Assembly: GCA_963725865.1 (NCBI GenBank)
Contig: CAVSAC010000010.1
Span: 544,001-608,000, forward strand
Direction: 5' to 3'
Length of the DNA: 64,000 bases
DNA from: Candidatus Eiseniibacteriota bacterium
GTDB lineage: Bacteria > Eisenbacteria > RBG-16-71-46
Below, piece by piece: positions 1-9,420 of the stretch; positions within the stretch are counted from its first letter, which is position 1; each line of letters begins with the position of its first letter. The notes under the pieces are model-generated. The model saw only the letters and a program-made list of their open reading frames with translations, searched no databases and had not been told where the DNA came from. The translations under genes were made by a program, and so were the position numbers.

Positions 1-195
1 CACGAGCGACGGCCGGATGCCCTGATCGAACAGCCCGAAGTAGCCGGTGAGCGAGAACACCGTCACCCACAGGCCGTAGTCCCCGTCGCCCATCAGGTGG
101 ACCATGATGGGCGTCAGCAGCAGACCGATCACCCCCGTCAGGAAGAACCGGAGGTAGTTGGTCAGCACGTTCTTCAGGACGCGGAGACTGCGCAA
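1..195 (-). CDS. wzx: Polysaccharide flippase (Wzx/MOP family), N-terminal part, runs off window edge
   Basis: Manual translation from TTG at 195 (AGGAG RBS at 204-208): LRSLRVLKNVLTNYLRFFLTGVIGLLLTPIMVHLMGDGDYGLWVTVFSLTGYFGLFDQGIRPSLV. Typical flippase N-terminus; follows wzc. Confidence 0.8.
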   Translation of the reverse strand, partial: MRSLRVLKNVLTNYLRFFLTGVIGLLLTPIMVHLMGDGDYGLWVTVFSLTGYFGLFDQGIRPSLV

Positions 196-265
196 TCCAT
201 ACGCTCCTAGGAGGGACCACTCGAGCCGCGGCGCCGGAGAGCCCTCCCCGGCGCGGGACGCGGGT

Positions 266-2515
266 CTACGACGGCTCGCCCCCGGCCGCCTCGTCGGGCG
301 CGCCGTAGCCGTAGTTCTTGTAGCCGTAGTAGTGCGGCATGACCTCGCCGATGTCGTTCATGAGCACCCCGACCAGGTTGTCCCGCGCCTCGCGCTGGAC
401 CTTGACGCCGTACTCGGCGGCCTTGCGGATGGTGCTCCCCGCCTTGATGACGTACACCACGCCCTCGACCGCGCGGCCGATGATGAGTGGGTCGGGCACC
501 GCGAGGTTCGGCGGCGCGTCGATCACCACCAGCGCGTAGCGCTTGGACGCCTCCTGCAGGAACCACTCCACGCCGCCGAGGTCCACCAGCTCGGCGGCGG
601 GGTGCTCGCTCTTGCCGGCGGCCAGGAAGTCGAGCGACGGCAGCACCGTGGTGCGCACGTAGCGCTCGTCGAACGTGCGCGACTGGAGCATCTGCGCGAG
701 CCCCCAGCTGCTGCTCGGCAGTCCCAGCGAACGGTGCAGCGCCGGGCTGCGCAGGTCGAAGTCGACCAGCAGCGTGCGCTCGCGCAGCTCGCGCGCCAGC
801 GTGATCGCCAGGCACGCGGAGGTCGTCGTCTTGCCCTCGCCGCGGGTGGCGCTGGTGACCATCAGGCTATGCGGCATCGCCCGCCCGCGCGTGCGCGCGA
901 GCTTGAGATAGATGCGGCGGAACTCCAGGCCGAGCGGACTCTCGACCTTGAGCCGGTGGAGCAGGCCGTGCTCGCGCGGTGCGAGCGCACCGCCCGCCAC
1001 CGCGGGCTGCCCGCGCGGGCGCCGCCGCGAGCGCTCGAGCTCCTCGACCCGCGGTACCGCGCCCAGGACTGGCAGGCCGAGCAGGTTCTCGACCTCCTCG
1101 GCGTTGCGCACCGACTGGTCGTGCTGCTCGACCACCAGCACGGTGCCCACGCCGATGATCCCGCCCGCCACCAGCGCGAGCAGGATCAGCATCAGGCGGT
1201 TGGGCTTGCCGGGCGATTCGGGCAACTGCGCGGGCTCCAGGATCATGAAGCGCCCGCTCACCTTCGCGTTCTCGAACGCCTCGTTGATCTGGTTCGTGAC
1301 CGACGCCTGCAGGAACTGGTTGTAGAGCGTGCGCGCCCCGTCGACCTCGGCCTGCAGGCGCTGCACCTCCATCTCGACGTCGGGCGCCATCGACACCTGG
1401 CGCTCGTAACCGTTCACCTGGCCGGCGAGGTAGCCGCGCCGCGTGTCGCGGGCGGCGAGGTCGGCCAGCGCGAGCCGGTAGCTCACCAGCAGGTCGCGCG
1501 CGTCGCTCGACATCGTGGGGAACGCGCGTGCCGCGCTGCGGCCGAGCGCGTCCTCGAGCTCGACGCTCTTGCGCGCCAACAGCGTGCGCACCGAGGCGCC
1601 GCCGTCGCCGGCCCCGGTGACGCCGAGCAGCGCGCCGGCGAGCTGACGCTCGAGCGAGGCGAGCTGCGTGGCCAGGCTGCCGACCTCGGGGCTCGAGAGC
1701 GCGTCGGCGTCGCCGTCGTGGACGCGGCCGACCAGCTGGTCGCGCAGCGCGGTCACCCGCTGGCGCTGCTGCTCGACGTCGAGTTCGGCCTGCTCCAGGA
1801 GCGAGCGCGCCTGCCCCAGGTTGGCGGCGTTCACGGTCGAGCCCTGGATCGTCGTGGTGATCGCCGAGCGGCGCGCCGCCTCGAGTCGCCGCTCGGCGTC
1901 GTCGAGCTTCTGCTTGTAGACCTGTTGCTGCTCGATCGCGAACGCGCCCGTGGCGCGCAGCGCCTCGATCTGGGCCGCCTTCGAGGAGAGCACGAACTGG
2001 TTCGCGACCGCGTCCGCCAGCCGGCGCGCCCGCTCCGCCTCGTGCGCCGCCACCGTCACCGTGAAGAAGTCGCCCTTGGCGACCATCACCGTGATCGCGC
2101 CGCTGCGCAGGTAGTCGACGAGTGCCGACTCGACGAGGTCGTCAGCGGTGGCGCCGGGCGTCTTCCTCGCGTGCTGGAGCGCCCACTCCCGCGTCGCGGG
2201 ATCCTTCTTCACTCCGCTGGCGACCACGATGCCGCGCAGGAACAAGGTGCTCTTGATCTGTCCCTTCATCACGCTCAGCTGCTGGTCGGCCGAGCGCCCG
2301 CCCGCCATCATCCCGCCCAGCGGGCCGGCCAGCGAGGCCGGACGCTCGTACTGCAGGCTCACCGAGGAGAAGTAGATCGACGGCAGCAGGAACGCGGCGA
2401 GCACGCCCGCGACGAGCGCCACCGCCCACGGCAGCACGAGCAGCCAGCGGCGGCGCCAGAGGACGCGCAGGAACTCCTGGACGTCGAGCGCCTGGGGGGC
2501 AGTCGGATCGGACAT
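266..2515 (-). CDS. wzc: Polysaccharide co-polymerase / BY-kinase (Wzc/GumC)
   Basis: Wzz-like N-terminal TM, coiled coil, second TM, Walker A (SATRGEGKTT), DFDLR and VVIDAPP motifs, C-terminal Tyr cluster HYYGYKNYGYG. Confidence 0.92.
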   Translation of the reverse strand: MSDPTAPQALDVQEFLRVLWRRRWLLVLPWAVALVAGVLAAFLLPSIYFSSVSLQYERPASLAGPLGGMMAGGRSADQQLSVMKGQIKSTLFLRGIVVASGVKKDPATREWALQHARKTPGATADDLVESALVDYLRSGAITVMVAKGDFFTVTVAAHEAERARRLADAVANQFVLSSKAAQIEALRATGAFAIEQQQVYKQKLDDAERRLEAARRSAITTTIQGSTVNAANLGQARSLLEQAELDVEQQRQRVTALRDQLVGRVHDGDADALSSPEVGSLATQLASLERQLAGALLGVTGAGDGGASVRTLLARKSVELEDALGRSAARAFPTMSSDARDLLVSYRLALADLAARDTRRGYLAGQVNGYERQVSMAPDVEMEVQRLQAEVDGARTLYNQFLQASVTNQINEAFENAKVSGRFMILEPAQLPESPGKPNRLMLILLALVAGGIIGVGTVLVVEQHDQSVRNAEEVENLLGLPVLGAVPRVEELERSRRRPRGQPAVAGGALAPREHGLLHRLKVESPLGLEFRRIYLKLARTRGRAMPHSLMVTSATRGEGKTTTSACLAITLARELRERTLLVDFDLRSPALHRSLGLPSSSWGLAQMLQSRTFDERYVRTTVLPSLDFLAAGKSEHPAAELVDLGGVEWFLQEASKRYALVVIDAPPNLAVPDPLIIGRAVEGVVYVIKAGSTIRKAAEYGVKVQREARDNLVGVLMNDIGEVMPHYYGYKNYGYGAPDEAAGGEPS

Positions 2516-2530
2516 CAGTTCACTCCGGGG

Positions 2531-3526
2531 TCAGTTGGTCTGCTTCTTGTTCTGGAGGTAGTCCACCAGAACCGCAGCGTTCAGGACGTCACGACCCACG
2601 AGCAGCACCTGGTAGATGCCGGTGAATGCACGTCCCACGAGCGCCCCGCCCCGCACCCCGACGTACACCACGTCGCCCGGCCGCACCGTCACCGGCGACT
2701 TGCTCCCGCGCGCCAGCACCTCGCGCAGGTTCACCGCCGCCACCGTCACGCCGTTCGGACCGCGGGTCAGCACCTTGACGCTGCTCAGGTCGCCGAGCGT
2801 CGTCACGCCGCCCGCCGATGCGAGCACCATCCAGAGATCCGAGCCGGTGCCGACCGGGTAGAGCCCCGGCTTCGTGACCTCGCCGAGCACGCCGACCGCC
2901 TCGCCGGGGCCGGCCGCGCCCGCGGCGAGGCCTTGCGGCACCACGATCGCGTCACCGGCCTGCAGCGCCGGCAGCCGGTCGGTGTTGCCGTCGCGCAGCA
3001 CGGCCGCGACGTCGACCATCTGGGTGTGGCGCGCGGTGCCCTCGCGGCGGACCAGCTGGATGTTCGCCAGGTCGGCGCCCGCCAGCGCGCCGCCGGCGGC
3101 GCTCAGGGCGTCGACCAGGCTCGGCAACGTCTCGAAACCGTAGCGCCCGGGCTTCGCCACGGCCCCCGACACGTACACGCTCCGTGAGAGGTACTGCGAC
3201 ACCGTCACCGTCACCGTCGCCGACTGCCGCAGGTAGCTGGAGAGCCGCTCCGCGATGCGGTCCGCGAGCTGCTTGGTCGTCAGCCCGACGGCCTTGATGT
3301 CGCCGACCGGCGGGAACACGATGTCGCCGTCGGTCCCGACCGGCAACGTGCGCTCGAGTTCGGGATGGAGCCACACCGACACCGCCACCACGTCCTCGGC
3401 GCCGAGCACGTAGTCGGCCGCGCGCACCGCCCGCGGGGTGGCGGCCAGCAGCACCATGGAAAGGGACAAGCCGAGGGCGACGACGCTCCGCGCGAGCGCG
3501 TGCGGACGCGGGATCCGACGGTTCAT
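2531..3526 (-). CDS. wza: Polysaccharide export protein (Wza/Poly_export + SLBB repeats)
   Basis: C-terminal 331 aa of the long ORF, starting MNRRIPRP at 3526. Signal peptide, DYVLGAEDVVAVSVW, DGDIVFPPVG, two SLBB-like repeats (GAVAKPGRY, GEVTKPGLY). Confidence 0.88.
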   Translation of the reverse strand: MNRRIPRPHALARSVVALGLSLSMVLLAATPRAVRAADYVLGAEDVVAVSVWLHPELERTLPVGTDGDIVFPPVGDIKAVGLTTKQLADRIAERLSSYLRQSATVTVTVSQYLSRSVYVSGAVAKPGRYGFETLPSLVDALSAAGGALAGADLANIQLVRREGTARHTQMVDVAAVLRDGNTDRLPALQAGDAIVVPQGLAAGAAGPGEAVGVLGEVTKPGLYPVGTGSDLWMVLASAGGVTTLGDLSSVKVLTRGPNGVTVAAVNLREVLARGSKSPVTVRPGDVVYVGVRGGALVGRAFTGIYQVLLVGRDVLNAAVLVDYLQNKKQTN

Positions 3527-6141
3527 CGAGTCACTCCTTTGACGGCGGACGCCTCGCCTCCGAGGATGCGACGTGCCGGCGCGAGGCCGGCCGCCGCGAT
3601 CCGCGGGCCGGGACGCCGCAGGACCACGGTCACGGTGCGCAGCAGGATGCGCAGATCGAGCAGCAGGGAACGGTGCTCCACGTAGTGCAGATCGAAACCG
3701 ACCCGGCGCTCGACGCCCGCGGGGGTGTCGTCGTCGCAGCCCGAGACCCGCGCCAGTCCGGTCACCCCCGGCAGCACTGTGAAGCGCCGCTCGTAGCCGG
3801 GCACCAGGTTCTTCCAGCGCAGCACCAGGTCCTGATGCTCGGGCCACGGGCCGACCAGCGCCATCTCGCCGCGCAGCACGTTGAGCAGGAACGGGATCGT
3901 GTCGAGGTGATGGCGCGCGATCCAGCGGCTGATGGGGCCGAGGTCGCTGCGGAAACGATCGCACTCGATCGGCGCGCCCAGCAGGTCCTGCGTGCGGCGC
4001 TGGATGCTGCGGCGATCGATCGGCGCGCCTTCGCGCCGCGCCCGCCGCGGGCCGCGGCGGCGCGAGCGCCCGATCCGCACCTCGCGCACCAGGATCACGC
4101 GGGTGCCCAGGCGGCGCGCCTCGAGCGCGAGCACCCCCCACAGGGGCAGTGAGAGCGTCAGCGCCGCCACCGCCACGCCCGCCTCGATCACGCCGCGCGC
4201 GGTCTCGCCCCACGGCCGCACGGCGGGCGCCGGCCGGGTCGGTCCGGCGGCCGGCAGCTCGATCACCGGGGTCGTCGGCGGGATCGCCGACCGCGCCTCG
4301 AACGGCGCGTGGGTCGGCTCGAGGTACTCCGGCACCATGTGGTGGAGCATCGCCTTGACCTCGGACGGGTCCCCGCGCTGGGCGATCTGCTCCATCTCGG
4401 CGACCTCGGCGCGCAGGCTCTCCTCGTCGCGCGCGTCGAGGTCCCAGACCAGGATCCGCTGATGCCGCGTGATGCGCGTGCGCTCGGTGTCCGAGTGCAG
4501 CTCCTCGTAGAGCTTCTCGCCCGGACGCAGGCCCGTGAACACGATCTCGACGTCCTCGCCCTCGCGCATCCCCGCGAGCCGGATCAGCTGGCGCGCGAGG
4601 TCGACGATGCGCACCTGCTCGCCCATGTCGAGCAGGAACACCTCGCCGCCCTTGCCCATCGCGCCGGCCTGCAGCACCAGCCGCACCGCCTCGGGGATGG
4701 TCATGAAGTAGCGGCGCGCGTCCGGGTGCGTGACGGTGAGCGGCCCCCCGCGCTGCAGCTGGCGCTGGAACAGCGGGATCACCGAGCCGTCGCTGCCGAG
4801 CACGTTGCCGAACCGCACGGCCACGAAGCGGGTCTCGCTGCGCTGGGAACGGCTCTGGCAGATCATCTCGCACACGCGCTTCGAGGCGCCCATCACGCTG
4901 GTCGGGTTGACCGCCTTGTCGGTCGAGATCAGCACGAACTTCTGGACGCCGTGGCGGTCCGCGGCGTCCACCAGGTGCTTGGTGCCCGTGATGTTGTTGA
5001 GCACCGCCTCGCGCGGACTCGCCTCGAGCAGCGGCACGTGCTTGTGCGCCGCGGCGTGGAATACCACCACGGGCTTGAAGCGGCTGAACACCCGCTCCAC
5101 GCCGTCGCCGTCCCGCATGTCGCACACGACCGGGTGGATGGGCAGCCCCTCGTGCTGTGCCGCCAGCTCGTGGTGCACGAAGTACAGGCCGTTCTCCGCG
5201 TGGTCCATCAGCACGACCTCGGCGGCCCCGAAGCCGGCCACCTGGCGCGCCAGCTCGGATCCGATCGAGCCGCCGGCCCCGGTCACCAGCACGCGCTTGC
5301 CGCGCAGGAACTCGCCGACTTCCTCGAGATCGAGGTGCACCGGCTGGCGCCCGAGCAGGTCCTCGATGCGCACGTCGCGCATCTGCGACAGCGTGGTCTT
5401 GCCGTGCTGCAGGTCCGAGAGCCCGGGCAGGGTCTTGACCGCGACGTTCGCCTCGGCGCAGAAGCGCGCGATCTCGCGCACCACCTTCGCCGGCATGTCG
5501 GGATCCGAGACGATGAGCATCTCGGCGCGCTGCTCCTGGAGCACCCGCGGGAGGTCCCCGATCGTGCCCAGCACCTTCACGCCCTCGACGAGGTGCCCGG
5601 TGAGCCGCGCGTCGTCGTCGATGAAGCCGACCGGCATCAGCATGTCGGGGCCGTCCGGACCGCGGCGCATCTCCTGGATCAGGTGCACGCCGGTGTGGTC
5701 CGCACCGACCACCAGCGTGCGGAGCGCGCGATGTGACTCGTAGCCGAGGATGCGCTCCCGCGAGAGCCGCCACATGAACCGCGCGCCACCCACCAGCACC
5801 ACCTCGATGAGCCACGTGATGACGATGGCGCTGCGCGGGAACAACGGCTCGGGGCTGAACAGGGTGATGACGACGAGGGCGAGCGCGGAGAGCAGCGCGC
5901 CCTTGAAAATCTGGAACAGCGTCACGGTCGACGCGTAGCGCCACAGGCCGTGGTAGAGCCCCGCGACGTAGTAGCCGCCGAGCGACAGCACCGTGAAGAA
6001 CGGCGCCGCGACGAGGTAGCCGGTCCAGAAGCGCGCGGGGATATCGCCCTCGAAGCGCAGCAGCAGTGCGCCGAGGAACGCCGCCTGGAGCAGCAGCGCG
6101 TACCCGATCGTGAGGACCAGGAAGCGCGGGGTCTTGTGCAA
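3523..6141 (-). CDS. PglF/CapD/WbpM-type UDP-sugar 4,6-dehydratase fused to a degenerate PglC-like phosphoglycosyltransferase domain
   Basis: Four N-terminal TMs, CoA-binding-like domain, VTGAGGSIGSEL, HAAAHKHVP, ISTDKAVNPTSVMGASKR, VRFGNVLGS. C-terminus has LNVLRGEMALVGPWPE, LPGVTGLA and DLRILLRT. Confidence 0.88.
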   Translation of the reverse strand: MHKTPRFLVLTIGYALLLQAAFLGALLLRFEGDIPARFWTGYLVAAPFFTVLSLGGYYVAGLYHGLWRYASTVTLFQIFKGALLSALALVVITLFSPEPLFPRSAIVITWLIEVVLVGGARFMWRLSRERILGYESHRALRTLVVGADHTGVHLIQEMRRGPDGPDMLMPVGFIDDDARLTGHLVEGVKVLGTIGDLPRVLQEQRAEMLIVSDPDMPAKVVREIARFCAEANVAVKTLPGLSDLQHGKTTLSQMRDVRIEDLLGRQPVHLDLEEVGEFLRGKRVLVTGAGGSIGSELARQVAGFGAAEVVLMDHAENGLYFVHHELAAQHEGLPIHPVVCDMRDGDGVERVFSRFKPVVVFHAAAHKHVPLLEASPREAVLNNITGTKHLVDAADRHGVQKFVLISTDKAVNPTSVMGASKRVCEMICQSRSQRSETRFVAVRFGNVLGSDGSVIPLFQRQLQRGGPLTVTHPDARRYFMTIPEAVRLVLQAGAMGKGGEVFLLDMGEQVRIVDLARQLIRLAGMREGEDVEIVFTGLRPGEKLYEELHSDTERTRITRHQRILVWDLDARDEESLRAEVAEMEQIAQRGDPSEVKAMLHHMVPEYLEPTHAPFEARSAIPPTTPVIELPAAGPTRPAPAVRPWGETARGVIEAGVAVAALTLSLPLWGVLALEARRLGTRVILVREVRIGRSRRRGPRRARREGAPIDRRSIQRRTQDLLGAPIECDRFRSDLGPISRWIARHHLDTIPFLLNVLRGEMALVGPWPEHQDLVLRWKNLVPGYERRFTVLPGVTGLARVSGCDDDTPAGVERRVGFDLHYVEHRSLLLDLRILLRTVTVVLRRPGPRIAAAGLAPARRILGGEASAVKGVTR

Positions 6142-6448
6142 GCCCTAGCCTTTCGTACCGGCGGGTGGGGCCCGCCCGAGGGTCAGCGACGCGCCCGCTC
6201 CGGTGGAGCGGCCGCGCACACGGTATTCCCAGGTCGGCCGGCGGACGCGCCGGCGCGCATACGCACACACGTCCCGCCCTCCGGTGGTGCCGGCGGGCGG
6301 GGCATGCCTGTCGAAGACAATGCAAGGCGTAGGCCCGGGGAGATCCCCCGCTGGCCCAGGTCCGGGTGCTGGTCCGCTGAGGTCGTCCGGACACACCACA
6401 CCCATGGTCCGGAGGTGTGCTACCTCCGGTGGCGCTTCGTCGTGGGGG

Positions 6449-6477
6449 ATTCTAGGGAGTGGGACCGAACGCGTCAA
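6449..6477 (-). promoter_or_regulatory. Sigma70-type promoter of the polysaccharide operon
   Basis: Minus strand TTGACG-N17-TAGAAT, near consensus, about 300 nt upstream of the TTG start at 6141. Confidence 0.7.
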
Positions 6478-6649
6478 GCCACGGGCTTCGAAGACCTTAG
6501 ACCAAATCCTGCATGCACTCTGCAAGCGCTTCGCCCGGGGCCCCGGGGCCGCTGCCCCAGCCGGTTGGGCCCGGCTGCCAAACCGGTGGGGGCCGGCGGT
6601 ACGGCGGGACGGGCGCGGCCAGCAGGCCTCCGGCCTCGCGGGCCGGCGG

Positions 6650-7519
6650 TCAACCTGCGGCCGGATCCAGAGCGCGGGCCTCCTCGCCGATCCCGCGCTC
6701 GAAGGGACGCGGGTCGAAGCCCAGATCACGCCGGGCGGGCGTGATGTCGACCGCCTTCGATTCGTTCAGCCGCAGCACCTGCTCTGGTGAGACCGGCGTG
6801 CGCAGGCCGATCCCGCGCGCGGCCACCACCAGAGCGTGCATCGGTGCGAGCGGCAGCGGTACCACCCACACGCGCCGCCCGAGCGCGGCCCCCGCCAGCC
6901 GCACCAGCTCGGCCAGTGGCAGCGGGACCGGACCGCCGACGTCGTAAGCGCGGCGCTCGCTCGCCGGCCGCTCGAAGCAGGCGACGATCGCGGCCGCGAG
7001 GTCCTCGACGTGGACCGGCTGCTGCAGCGTTCCGCCGCCGCCGGGCGCCGGGAAAACCGGCACGGAGCGCAGCGCTCGCAGCAGTCGCACCATGTTCCGG
7101 TCCGCCGGGGTGCCGTAGATCATGCTCGGGCGCAGGATGGTCCACGCGAGCGAGGACGCCTGCAGCGCCTCCTCGCCGCGGCGCTTGGCGTCGGCACCGC
7201 CACTCGCCAGGCGGGTGTAGACGCCGGCCGACGATACGAATACGCCGCGCCGCACCCCGGCCTGCTCCAGCGCGGGCAGGAATCGCGGCGCCAGCGCCAT
7301 TCCCGCCAGGTGCACGACGCCCGTCGCGCCGTCGAATGCGCCCGCGTGCGTGGCGGGATCGCCGAGGTCGGCCCATCGCAGTTCGCAGCCGAGCGCCGCG
7401 AGCCGCGTGGCATCGCGCCCCGGGCGCACGACCGCGAGAACCCGGTGCCCGCGCGCGTGGAGGCGCGGGATCAGGTGCGACGCGACGAAGCCCAGCGCGC
7501 CGGTGACCGCGATGACCAT
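6650..7519 (-). CDS. NAD-dependent epimerase/dehydratase (atypical SDR, NDUFA9-like)
   Basis: VTGALGFVAS Rossmann motif, WTILRPSMIYG, QPVHVEDLA. Confidence 0.85.
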   Translation of the reverse strand: MVIAVTGALGFVASHLIPRLHARGHRVLAVVRPGRDATRLAALGCELRWADLGDPATHAGAFDGATGVVHLAGMALAPRFLPALEQAGVRRGVFVSSAGVYTRLASGGADAKRRGEEALQASSLAWTILRPSMIYGTPADRNMVRLLRALRSVPVFPAPGGGGTLQQPVHVEDLAAAIVACFERPASERRAYDVGGPVPLPLAELVRLAGAALGRRVWVVPLPLAPMHALVVAARGIGLRTPVSPEQVLRLNESKAVDITPARRDLGFDPRPFERGIGEEARALDPAAG

Positions 7520-7598
7520 GCCGTGCTCCGATCGCGCGAGGTGGAAACCGAAGCGCCCGCCGGGCGCATCAGCCGGTCGGGCGCGGAGACTGCGGGGT

Positions 7599-7674
7599 TG
7601 GTAGCGCTACGGGGATTCGAACCCCGGTCTGATGGCTGAGAACCATCTGTCCTAGACCCCTAGACGATAGCGCC
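7599..7674 (-). tRNA. tRNA-Glu(CTC)
   Basis: Reverse complement GGCGCTA...GATGG-TT-CTC-AG-CCATC...GGTTCGAATCC...TAGCGCT-A-CCA. Full cloverleaf with encoded CCA. Confidence 0.95.
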
Positions 7675-7687
7675 TCGTGCATGCGAA

Positions 7688-7761
7688 TGGCTGCCCGGCA
7701 AGGATTCGAACCTCGACTAACTGGTCCAGAGCCAGTCGTGCTACCGTTACACCACCGGGCA
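7688..7761 (-). tRNA. tRNA-Gln(CTG)
   Basis: Reverse complement TGCCCGG...ACTGG-CT-CTG-GA-CCAGT...GGTTCGAATCC...CCGGGCA-G-CCA; U1-A72 pair. Confidence 0.95.
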
Positions 7762-7778
7762 GCGCAGAAGCGGGGCGC

Positions 7779-7808
7779 ACTCTAACATCGGCCCCCGCGG
7801 CCGTTCAA
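7779..7808 (-). promoter_or_regulatory. Probable promoter of the tRNA pair
   Basis: TTGAAC-N18-TAGAGT with extended -10 (TGn) and a GC-rich discriminator; the -35 overlaps the gltX stop codon. Confidence 0.5.
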
Positions 7809-9292
7809 GCGCCCGCGCCCGCGGTCCCCACCGCATGCGGCGAGCGCTGCTCCCATCCCGCCGCCGCCGCGTTCAACCGTGTCACCGCCGTCTCGCGGCC
7901 CAGCAGCGCCATCACGTCGAACAGGCCCGGCGCGACGGTGCGTCCCGTCAGCGCGATGCGTGCCGCGCTCATCAGCTCGCCGGGCTTCACCCCCAGCTCC
8001 GCCGCGAGGCCGCGCGTGTTCCGCTCCAGGCTCTCGAGCGTGAAGTCGGAGTCGCTCTGCAGCCGCGCGGCGAGCGCGCGGAGTCGCGGTCCCGCGCCGG
8101 CGCGCGCGAGCAGGTCGGCCCACGCGGAGGGCTCCATTGCCACGTCCTCGCGGAGCGCGAAAGCGCCGTAGGACTCGGCGTCCGCGAGCGTCTTGAGCCG
8201 GTCTCCCAGTGCCCGCACGAACGCCGCGCGCCACGCCGGCGTTCGCGCGTGCAGGTCGTGGCCGCGCCGGGCAAGGAACTCCTCGACGCGGCGCACGCGC
8301 TCCGCCTCATCGAGTCGCTTGAGGTGCTGCCCGTTCATCCACTCGAGCTTCTGAGCGTCGAACACCGCGGGATTCGCCCCGACCCGCTCGAGCCGGAACA
8401 CCTGCGCCAGCTCCGCCAGCGAAAACACCTCGCGATCGTCGCCGGGCGACCACCCGAGCAGGGCGAGGAAGTTGACCAGTGCCTCGGCGATGATCCCGAG
8501 CTCGCGGTAGGCCTCCACCGAGGTGGCGCCGTGACGCTTCGAGAGGCGCGCGCCGTCGCTGCCGAGGATCATCGGCACGTGCGCGAACACCGGCGGCGTC
8601 CAGCCGAACGCCTCGTACAGCAGCAGCTGGCGCGGCGTGTTCGAGATGTGGTCGTCGCCGCGGATCACGTGCGAGATCTCCATCTCGTGGTCGTCCACGA
8701 CACATGCGAAGTTGTACGTCGGCAGCCCGTCCGAGCGCAGCAGCACGAAATCGTCGAGCACCTCGCCCGGGAACGCCACCCGGTCGCGCACCACGTCGTC
8801 CCACCCGACCTCGGCGGCCGCGGCGTGCGAGAAGCGCAGCGCCGGCACCCGGCCCGCCGCCTCGAGCCGCGCGCGCGCCGTGGCGTCGAGGCCGCGGCAG
8901 CGCCGGTCGTAGCCCGCCGCGCCCTGCTCCACGCGCGCGGCCCGGCGCTGCTCGAGCTCGTCCGGCGTGCAGTAGCACGGATACGCGCGCCCGGCGGCGC
9001 GGAGGGCGTCGGCGTGGTGGCGATAGCGCTCGCGGCGCTCGGACTGGAAGTACGGCCCATGCGCGCCCCCGCGGTCCGGCCCCTCGTCCCACTCGAGCCC
9101 CAGCCAGCGCAGGCTGTCGAAGATCGCCCGCACCGACTCCGCGGTGGAGCGCGCGGCGTCGGTGTCCTCGATCCGGAGCACGAACGTGCCACCCTGCCCG
9201 CGGGCGAACAGGTAGTTGTAGAGCGCCGTGCGGGCGCCGCCGACGTGCAGGTAGCCGGTCGGGCTGGGAGCGAAGCGGACGCGGACGCTCAT
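7805..9292 (-). CDS. gltX: Glutamate--tRNA ligase
   Basis: VRVRFAPSPTGYLHVGG, LRIEDTD, CYC...YDRRC Zn motif, RLSKRHG, anticodon-binding domain. Confidence 0.97.
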   Translation of the reverse strand: MSVRVRFAPSPTGYLHVGGARTALYNYLFARGQGGTFVLRIEDTDAARSTAESVRAIFDSLRWLGLEWDEGPDRGGAHGPYFQSERRERYRHHADALRAAGRAYPCYCTPDELEQRRAARVEQGAAGYDRRCRGLDATARARLEAAGRVPALRFSHAAAAEVGWDDVVRDRVAFPGEVLDDFVLLRSDGLPTYNFACVVDDHEMEISHVIRGDDHISNTPRQLLLYEAFGWTPPVFAHVPMILGSDGARLSKRHGATSVEAYRELGIIAEALVNFLALLGWSPGDDREVFSLAELAQVFRLERVGANPAVFDAQKLEWMNGQHLKRLDEAERVRRVEEFLARRGHDLHARTPAWRAAFVRALGDRLKTLADAESYGAFALREDVAMEPSAWADLLARAGAGPRLRALAARLQSDSDFTLESLERNTRGLAAELGVKPGELMSAARIALTGRTVAPGLFDVMALLGRETAVTRLNAAAAGWEQRSPHAVGTAGAGA

Positions 9293-9370
9293 GGGCGGAC
9301 GACCTCCGGGGACACGGGCGGCTCGGGGCCGCGGACGTTACGGACCGCGCGGGCCGCGGTCAAACGACGA

Positions 9371-9404
9371 ACGAGGCGGGCGCCCGATGGAGCGCCCGCC
9401 TCGT
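9371..9404 (-). terminator. Hairpin downstream of the C25 gene
   Basis: ACGAGGCGGGCGC-N8-GCGCCCGCCTCGT, 13-bp perfect stem just after the stop; weak U-tract. Confidence 0.55.
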
Positions 9405-9420
9405 CGTCGGCCGGCTCGGG

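Noticed and set aside
158..3187. 1009-aa plus-strand ORF, and similar giants such as 8704-14733, 15918-18986, 26389-29442, 32186-36628, 46312-49473 and 51651-54524
   Set aside because: Antisense or off-frame shadows of well-supported genes. They are Arg/Ala/Gly-rich, lack motifs, and are expected in high-GC DNA with few stop codons.
6145..6729. 194-aa ORF, or a shorter leader peptide from ATG 6405, upstream of the dehydratase
   Set aside because: Low-complexity Pro/Arg/Gly sequence with no motifs. The long form spans the predicted promoter. A short uORF cannot be fully excluded.
7599..7761. tRNA pair as an integration site for an island carrying the polysaccharide genes
   Set aside because: No integrase, and I saw no duplicated tRNA 3' end within the window.
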